Below, one piece after another: positions 55,455 through 61,609 of a stretch of 64,000 nucleotides of DNA. Source of the stretch: Bdellovibrionales bacterium (lineage in GTDB: Bacteria > Bdellovibrionota > Bdellovibrionia > Bdellovibrionales > UBA1609); contig OZ245336.1 of the NCBI GenBank assembly GCA_965226095.1, positions 690,467 to 754,466 on the forward strand, read 5' to 3'. Numbering within the stretch: the first letter of the stretch is position 1; every line of letters starts with the position of its first letter. The notes beneath the pieces were generated by a model. That model saw only the letters and a list, made by a program, of their open reading frames with translations. It was not told the DNA's origin and made no database searches. Made by a program: the position numbers and the translations under genes.

Positions 55455-56840
55455 TTAGGTTTTGGTTGGGGTGATATATCTTTTCAAAGAATGGCCTTTT
55501 TCTTTCAATTGTTCTTTAATTTGTTCAATAGATTTTTTTCCTATATCTGGAGCTTTAAATAAATCCACTTCGCTCATTTGAATCAAATCTTTCAGGTCAA
55601 TGATATTTGCATTTGCTAAAGCTTTATTAATACGTGTTCCTAAATTTAAAACATCACTGATTTTTTGATCCAATATTTCTAGTTTTATTTCAGTAGATTG
55701 TGCTTCCTGTGCTTGTGGAGCTTTTAGTTGTTTTGCTGTTTTATCTGCTTCTTCAGTTTTTGTTTCTGTTTCCGCTGTATCAGTTCTTTTTTGTTTTAAT
55801 TTAGCAACAGCGGTTTTACCGGCAGTGACTACACTTTCGGGCAGAAGACCTGTCACAGTTGAACGAACAGCACGACCAACGGCCTCTGAATTTTGAAAAG
55901 CTTGTCTGGCTGTTTCGTATCTACTCGCTCTGACATCAGCTCTTTGTTCTTTGATGTCAGTTTTGGCTTCAGCTTCAGCTGTGGCTTCAGCTTGAGCTTG
56001 AGCTCTTTCAGCTTTTTCCTGTGCTTTTTGTTCTTTGGCTTCAGCTTGAGCTCTTTCAGCTTTTTCCTGTGCTTTTTGTTCTTTGGCTTCAGCTTGAGCT
56101 TGAGCTCTTTCAGCTCTTCTATCCGCTCTGGCGGCAACTCTGTTAGCTCTGGCATCCGCCATTTTTTTCCCTACATTGGAAACAGCATTCACACCGGCAG
56201 AAGTAGCAGCTTTTGCACCAGCTTTTCCAAGGTCAACAGCAATTGCTGGCATGGCTTTACCTGCAAATTTTAAGTTTTCCATGAGAGTGTTATTTTCAAG
56301 GCTTGCGTTTTCAGTAGCTTCCGAATTTGTTTGGTTGTCTTTAGCCTTATTAGATTTGTCAGCGCCTCCTTTGGCGACGATCTGTCTTAAGGATTCATTT
56401 GCAGCTCTCTCAACTCGTTCATTCATTTTTTTAACAGCAGTTCGTGTAAAAGTTATTGCAGTTTTCGCACCATCCGCTCCGGCTTGAGCTGCTGCACGTG
56501 TTAGATTTGGTTCACTGGATCTATATCTCACTCTATACATTCTGGGATTATTCATTTCTGGGGAATTTTTTACAAATTCTGTGAATTGCTCGAATGAAAT
56601 CCAGTTTGATATAGCTTTAGCATTAAATGTTGGATCTTTATATTGTAACCGATACTCTCTTGAAGAATTAATTTCTGCAGAATTTTCTACAGCTGTTAAT
56701 AAATCTGTGTGTGTGAGCCAATTTGAAATTCCTGATTTAGATTTCGAATGAAATACTGATTCACAATTCGATGCGCTGTACACAGCACAATGGAATAAAA
56801 GAAAAATAAAATACAATTTTACATTTTTGATTTGGAACAT
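55455..56840 (-). CDS. Exported repeat protein with C-terminal RpoA alpha-CTD-like helix-hairpin-helix domain
   Basis: 461 aa. Signal-peptide-like MFQIKNVKLYFIFLLFHCAVYSA. Two ~40-aa repeats (ISNWLTHTDLLTAVENSAEINSSREYRLQY / ISNWISFEQFTEFVKNSPEMNNPRMYRVRY). An Ala/Lys/Glu-rich tandem-repeat region. The C-terminus LNLGTRINKALANANIIDLKDLIQMSEVDLFKAPDIGKKSIEQIKEQLKEKGHSL aligns with the RpoA CTD ([53 protein letters not shown]). Confidence 0.7.
   Translation of the reverse strand: MFQIKNVKLYFIFLLFHCAVYSASNCESVFHSKSKSGISNWLTHTDLLTAVENSAEINSSREYRLQYKDPTFNAKAISNWISFEQFTEFVKNSPEMNNPRMYRVRYRSSEPNLTRAAAQAGADGAKTAITFTRTAVKKMNERVERAANESLRQIVAKGGADKSNKAKDNQTNSEATENASLENNTLMENLKFAGKAMPAIAVDLGKAGAKAATSAGVNAVSNVGKKMADARANRVAARADRRAERAQAQAEAKEQKAQEKAERAQAEAKEQKAQEKAERAQAQAEATAEAEAKTDIKEQRADVRASRYETARQAFQNSEAVGRAVRSTVTGLLPESVVTAGKTAVAKLKQKRTDTAETETKTEEADKTAKQLKAPQAQEAQSTEIKLEILDQKISDVLNLGTRINKALANANIIDLKDLIQMSEVDLFKAPDIGKKSIEQIKEQLKEKGHSLKRYITPTKT
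55965..56120. repeat. 48/54-bp tandem repeat inside the 461-aa gene
   Basis: The GGCTTCAGCTTGAG(CTTGAG)CTCTTTCAGCTTTTTCCTGTGCTTTTTGTTCTTT units start at 55983, 56037 and 56085. They encode AERAQA(QA)EAKEQKAQEK repeats. Confidence 0.85.
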
Positions 56841-57117
56841 AACTATCTCTCCTACCTACTTGTTTTCAGGCTATTGGCTATCATTTTTTTTATTGTAAGG
56901 CAATAACCGATTTTTATGAGTGAAATAATTTTTTTTAAGTGTGTAAAAAATTCATACTAGGATATATAAAAAATTCATACTTTTTATATAGTTATAAATT
57001 CAGTTAAGGTAGTTAGTTTGTCTCAGACTTAAACACTCCCTTAAATGGTTATCATTTTTGTACAAGTAAGATTTATCAGGGAAGTGTTTGTCATATCTGT
57101 AAGAGTTGTTTGTCATG

Positions 57118-57148
57118 CCCTTGAAAAGTCCTCAGGAGAGTTTTCAAG
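57118..57148. repeat. Palindromic intergenic repeat, copy C
   Basis: CCCTTGAAAAGTC-CTCAGGAGAG-TTTTCAAG with 8-bp arms, preceded by TGTCATGCCC (compare CGTCATCCCC before copy A). Confidence 0.75.
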
Positions 57149-57421
57149 TTTTTGGCATCCAGAAAATAATATAAGCATAACACTTAGCTGGATTCTCACA
57201 TGCGTGGGAAGTGTGTTTAATTAATAGACAAGTTTATAATTTTTAGACACTTTTTGTGTGTTTGTACCTTAGAGTTTTGTAAAGGACCTGTTTTTTTCAG
57301 AATTAGGTCCTGAAACCCAATATTTTTTAAAGAGTGAAGGTTTTATAACCGAACTTATCCTTAGCTTTTGTACATAAAGGAACTGCAAGATAGGACATTT
57401 TTTTTACTCATGGAAGAGCAA

Positions 57422-60010
57422 ATGAAATTACATAAAATAATCACTAGTTTTTTTCTGATTCTTTTTCTAATGGGATTTGCTCCCACTGTCTTCGCCAGTG
57501 ATGCACCTCCTGAAGGATGTACTTCTACAGTTCTGACACCAGGGAAAGCAGAATGTGTGGATAAATGTCAGGACAATTCTAGTTGGCTTTGTAGAAGCCT
57601 GTTAAATCGAGGAGCAAATACAAACTCAGATGATTTGATCAGAGCCCCTGCTTCAGAAGAAGTGGATGTAGGTGAGCAATCACTGGACAAGGCTGTTGAT
57701 GTAGCAGCAGGGAAGGCAAAAGACGGAGCGAAAGACTGGATCAAAAAGAAACTGTTTGGTGATCCGGCCGCTGTTCAAGACTACAATCAAAAACTTGTGG
57801 GGCAATTTCAAGCAGAACGAAACAAATGTGTCAGTGTTAGAGCCTCTCTTCGGCACTCAATATCTTGTGTCCCCAATCCTATGGAGTGTAGAAATACAAC
57901 ACTTGATCAAACTTGTGGAAAAGAAATCCCAGTAGCTAAATTTGCTAAACTGGAGGGAGAAGCCCAAAATAAAATAGCTGGCTTGGCACAAACCTTGGCA
58001 GGCAAACTCAATGTGAATCCTAATGAAATAATGGGCGATATTAAGAATCAAACTGATACCAATTGTGGAAAAGCCTGGCACTTGGCTCAACTCACCTGTC
58101 AATTTCCTGTTCAGGCTCTAGGGGGAAAAGTGACCAAAGCGTTAAATGTCATTGGAAAAGTGGCTATGGGTACACAGATGGTGGCTGGCCTGGCCGGTAA
58201 AAGCTTAAATGATCTATGCAAAGCTCTGACCACTTTAAGTGGAGCCGGTGTGACGATTGCTATGTTGGCTCGTGCGAAATGTGCTTTTGCTATGAGAAGA
58301 TGCAATCAATATTGCAATATGGAAAAATACTCTCAACCTGGATATTGTAATCAGTTATATCAAGCAGAAGAAGCAAATTGTGGAGTAGCTCATACGAGTT
58401 GTAGAACCAAATCGTGTAATGTTGGGGCCGTTATAGTACCTTGTTTTAATTGCTCTCAATCTCACACCAGCATGGAACAGTATGCTTGCAAAGTAGAACA
58501 TATCAATAAAATGAAAAGTGAATGTGGTCTTTTGAAAAAAAATACAATGGCTATGATGGGAGATATTGTTCAGTTAATTGCTACAGTGAAAAGCGCGAAA
58601 ATGTGTTGGGATAAAACCGGCGGTGATATGAGTTCATCTATAGATCCAGAAACTTGCCGGAAAATGGGTGGCACACCTTATAAAGATGAAACCACAGGAG
58701 ATCAAAGATGTCGATTTAGAGATCCTGGTGAAGATGAAGGTGTGTGTCCTCCGTATGGAGTACCTGTATCCTGTAATCAAGCCTGTGAAGATGGTTCAGT
58801 GCCAGCTGGTTGTGATCAGGGAGTTTGTGAAAATGGAGAGATGGTTTCTTGTACTAATACTTGTCCCAATGGTTCAGTGCCGGCAGGGTGCCATACCTGT
58901 CCGGATCCTTCCCTGACATATCCTAATTGTGATTGTAATTGTCCGGAAGGGCAATCCTGTAATTCGGACAGACAGTGTGTTGTTGATAATGGAGGAGGTT
59001 CTTGTAACAGTACTGCCAACTGTGGAACTGGTCAGGTTTGTCAAAATGGAATGTGTGTTTCAGAAGGTAGTGAAGATCTTGTTAATGCCGATGGTTTTGG
59101 TGGCGATGAACCCTGTAACAGTTCTGTCGATTGTGGAGAAAGTGAGACTTGTCAGAGTGGAGTGTGTGTTGCCAATAGTTGTGAATGTCAAGGTGAAGTC
59201 TGGCCTTGTGATCAACAATGTGGCGGCAGATGTTTGGAAGAAAGTGTAAATTGTCCTTGTGCAGGCGATGGAGAATGTACACCTCCTCAAAAATGTGTAA
59301 CAAGTACAGATGGACAAAATGTGTGTAGTGATGATGATGGTGAAGGTGTGTGTCCTGATGGTTCCCGAGTGGCTTGTGATCAAACTTGTTCTGATGGTAG
59401 TAGTCCGGCCAACTGCCGTGCTTGTCATGGTGACAATGATTGTGAAGAAAATCAAATTTGCAACAGAGGGGTGTGTACTCCAGAAGACCCGGTTCTTTCA
59501 ACAGATGGTGCTGGAGGAGGTGGTGCTCCTGATGATGGTTTAGATGATGAGATGGCTATCACCAATGATGGTATGGGTGGCGGTGGTGGCGGTGATCCGA
59601 ATAATACTTCCAATAATATAGGTAGTCTTCCTGGGGCATCATCAGGAAAACCAGGACTATTCGCCCGTCTTGGTGCTCTCCTTGGAATTAAAGGAGGAGG
59701 AGGTTTGGGCTCATCTAATTTCGGTCGAGGTAGAGGTTCTTCTAAGATAGCAAATTTAGCGAAAGATGAAGATGTGAGTGGCCATATAAAAGGAACTGGT
59801 CATGGTGGCTTCGGTGGCTATGGATCGGGAGGTGGTGGAGCGCTAAACCCTGCCACTGGTGGTTTAGGTTTTGGTGCTTCACAGATTAAAAAACAAAAAG
59901 ATAATAAAAGAACAGCTTTCCCTACAAATCTTGGAAATATTGGTGGAGTTCATCAGGATATTTTTAAGGCAGTCACGAAACGTTATCAGAAGATCTATAA
60001 ATTAAAGTAA
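57422..60010 (+). CDS. Large exported Cys-repeat / Gly-rich protein
   Basis: The track ORF starts at a TTG (57368). I prefer the ATG at 57422 (or 57410), which gives the signal peptide MKLHKIITSFFLILFLMGFAPTVFA. The protein has a roughly 400-aa Cys-containing N-domain. A central block follows with repeated C-x5-C-x2-G-x-C-type modules (CNSTANCGTGQVCQNGMCV, CNSSVDCGESETCQSGVCV, CHGDNDCEENQICNRGVCT). The tail is Gly-rich (GGGG, RGRG, GGYGSGGGG) with a basic C-terminus. Confidence 0.7.
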   Translation: MKLHKIITSFFLILFLMGFAPTVFASDAPPEGCTSTVLTPGKAECVDKCQDNSSWLCRSLLNRGANTNSDDLIRAPASEEVDVGEQSLDKAVDVAAGKAKDGAKDWIKKKLFGDPAAVQDYNQKLVGQFQAERNKCVSVRASLRHSISCVPNPMECRNTTLDQTCGKEIPVAKFAKLEGEAQNKIAGLAQTLAGKLNVNPNEIMGDIKNQTDTNCGKAWHLAQLTCQFPVQALGGKVTKALNVIGKVAMGTQMVAGLAGKSLNDLCKALTTLSGAGVTIAMLARAKCAFAMRRCNQYCNMEKYSQPGYCNQLYQAEEANCGVAHTSCRTKSCNVGAVIVPCFNCSQSHTSMEQYACKVEHINKMKSECGLLKKNTMAMMGDIVQLIATVKSAKMCWDKTGGDMSSSIDPETCRKMGGTPYKDETTGDQRCRFRDPGEDEGVCPPYGVPVSCNQACEDGSVPAGCDQGVCENGEMVSCTNTCPNGSVPAGCHTCPDPSLTYPNCDCNCPEGQSCNSDRQCVVDNGGGSCNSTANCGTGQVCQNGMCVSEGSEDLVNADGFGGDEPCNSSVDCGESETCQSGVCVANSCECQGEVWPCDQQCGGRCLEESVNCPCAGDGECTPPQKCVTSTDGQNVCSDDDGEGVCPDGSRVACDQTCSDGSSPANCRACHGDNDCEENQICNRGVCTPEDPVLSTDGAGGGGAPDDGLDDEMAITNDGMGGGGGGDPNNTSNNIGSLPGASSGKPGLFARLGALLGIKGGGGLGSSNFGRGRGSSKIANLAKDEDVSGHIKGTGHGGFGGYGSGGGGALNPATGGLGFGASQIKKQKDNKRTAFPTNLGNIGGVHQDIFKAVTKRYQKIYKLK

Positions 60011-60016
60011 AAAAAA

Positions 60017-61528
60017 TTAAATAGAAAAAGGTTCACAGGATTGAAGACATTCCTGTCGTTCCAGATAAATTTCTCGATCACGACAGGATGGTTCATGAAT
60101 AGTGTGGCGAAGAATGGATATTTCATTAATATTTTTATGATTATCTATTCCAAATATTTCATAACAAGCTCTGGAAGCTACTCGTTTTAAACCGTTAATA
60201 AAAGCATTATCCATAAGACTTAAAGATTCAACAATATGCATGCGGTTGATACCCACACTGTTGTTATGAATACTGCTTTGAATAATACTGAAGTTAAATA
60301 GCTTCGTTTTTATTTTTGAGGAGTGACAATTATCTGAAGAATTTATTCTGGCAAGTGAAAACGAATCTTCGTTTTCATCCGTCATATCCACAATAACAAC
60401 ATGGTTATTGGAAGCAATGATGTCCCCTGGTTGCAGAGGATTTTGTCTGGAAATGTTTTGTTTTTCCAGACAGGAGAGCTGATTTTGTCTTGCATTTTTG
60501 ATCATCCAGGAGTTAATACCCTTTACATGTATCGGACGAATAGACATTTTTTGCTTTACCCTGAGTCCGGCAGTGGCCATGGCTGTTGATACAAAACCTG
60601 AACAATCCACACCTAGGATTTGAGATCCGGATCCGGAGTTTTGAAATAAATTAATAGAGTCCATGGAAGTAGAAGGTTTGCCTCCATAGTCGTAAAGCAG
60701 AGGGGAGGCGTGAATATTTAAACACTGTGTGTTTTCAGGAATGTTAAGCTGACTTAAGTAATAATGTGATTGGTTAACTTCCTTTAGATTGGAAATATTT
60801 CGTTGATATCCCCTATTGTTGGAATGTTTGGATTGAACATGTACTCCAATGGTTTCCTGTTGATTGTTCATTAATGGTAAATCCAATACGGAACAGCTTT
60901 GATAGGCTGTTGCCATGACTTTTTTTGCACCATAAACTAAGGGATGGGTATTGCGCTTCATATCAAAAAACCATTTAACATTTCCGTATGGGTTAGCAGT
61001 ATTATTTGGCTCTCTTAAATCGGTGGTATCTTCAGGGCAACTCTTGTTAAATTTTTTAGCGGATTGATTCAGTTTCGAGAGATGTATTTCCAATTGCTCA
61101 GCAAACTCGGCGTGATCCTGATGAACCACCCCATGTTCAAATTGCACTAATGTTGTGGTTTTATCTTCTTCCTGATTTTGTTGTAAAAATTCATCAACTA
61201 ATGCATAAAGAGATACAAGGTGTGTGGCAAAACTGTTGATATCTTCATGGGAAGCATCTTTTGCCAAATTAAATAATTTTCCGGCGATTTGTTCTTTCAT
61301 TGCATAATAGGAAACAGGCTTTTTATTTTCATCAGAGCTGATATGGTAAATATAGTTCCAGACATATACTCTAAAATCCTGACAACCCGTTCGTTCAAAA
61401 AGGGAGTTTAAGTTAGGTTTATAGACATTTCCTGAAGGCATCGCACTTCCTATCTCACTGCTCAGATTCAGTGGTGTACAGGCAGATAAAATGATGAAAA
61501 AGATCAAAGTTGTAAAATATTGCCTCAT
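60017..61528 (-). CDS. Lipoprotein with C-terminal NlpC/P60-like (C40) cysteine peptidase motifs
   Basis: 503 aa. Lipobox FIILSAC. GVDCSGFVSTAMATAG resembles the NlpC/P60 catalytic Cys motif, and PGDIIASNNHVVIV resembles the His motif. I do not recognise the roughly 300-aa N-terminal domain. Confidence 0.65.
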   Translation of the reverse strand: MRQYFTTLIFFIILSACTPLNLSSEIGSAMPSGNVYKPNLNSLFERTGCQDFRVYVWNYIYHISSDENKKPVSYYAMKEQIAGKLFNLAKDASHEDINSFATHLVSLYALVDEFLQQNQEEDKTTTLVQFEHGVVHQDHAEFAEQLEIHLSKLNQSAKKFNKSCPEDTTDLREPNNTANPYGNVKWFFDMKRNTHPLVYGAKKVMATAYQSCSVLDLPLMNNQQETIGVHVQSKHSNNRGYQRNISNLKEVNQSHYYLSQLNIPENTQCLNIHASPLLYDYGGKPSTSMDSINLFQNSGSGSQILGVDCSGFVSTAMATAGLRVKQKMSIRPIHVKGINSWMIKNARQNQLSCLEKQNISRQNPLQPGDIIASNNHVVIVDMTDENEDSFSLARINSSDNCHSSKIKTKLFNFSIIQSSIHNNSVGINRMHIVESLSLMDNAFINGLKRVASRACYEIFGIDNHKNINEISILRHTIHEPSCRDREIYLERQECLQSCEPFSI

Positions 61529-61609
61529 TATTAGTGCTGATCGGCAAAAACAGGTTGAAATTCACCTGACCAGTTGACTGGTTTTTTCTTATTAAGTTAG
61601 AAAAAATGG

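Noticed and set aside
55853-56487. Three ORFs of 100-126 aa in other frames or strands across the tandem-repeat region of the 461-aa gene.
   Set aside because: They are a by-product of the stop-poor GCT/GAA/AAG repeat composition. The - strand frame with the signal peptide and alpha-CTD-like end is the coherent one.
58668-59543. Five ORFs of 67-139 aa in alternative frames within the Cys-repeat block.
   Set aside because: The GC-richer TGT/GGT/GAT-dominated coding sequence lacks stops in several frames. Only the + frame from 57422 gives a continuous signal-peptide protein.
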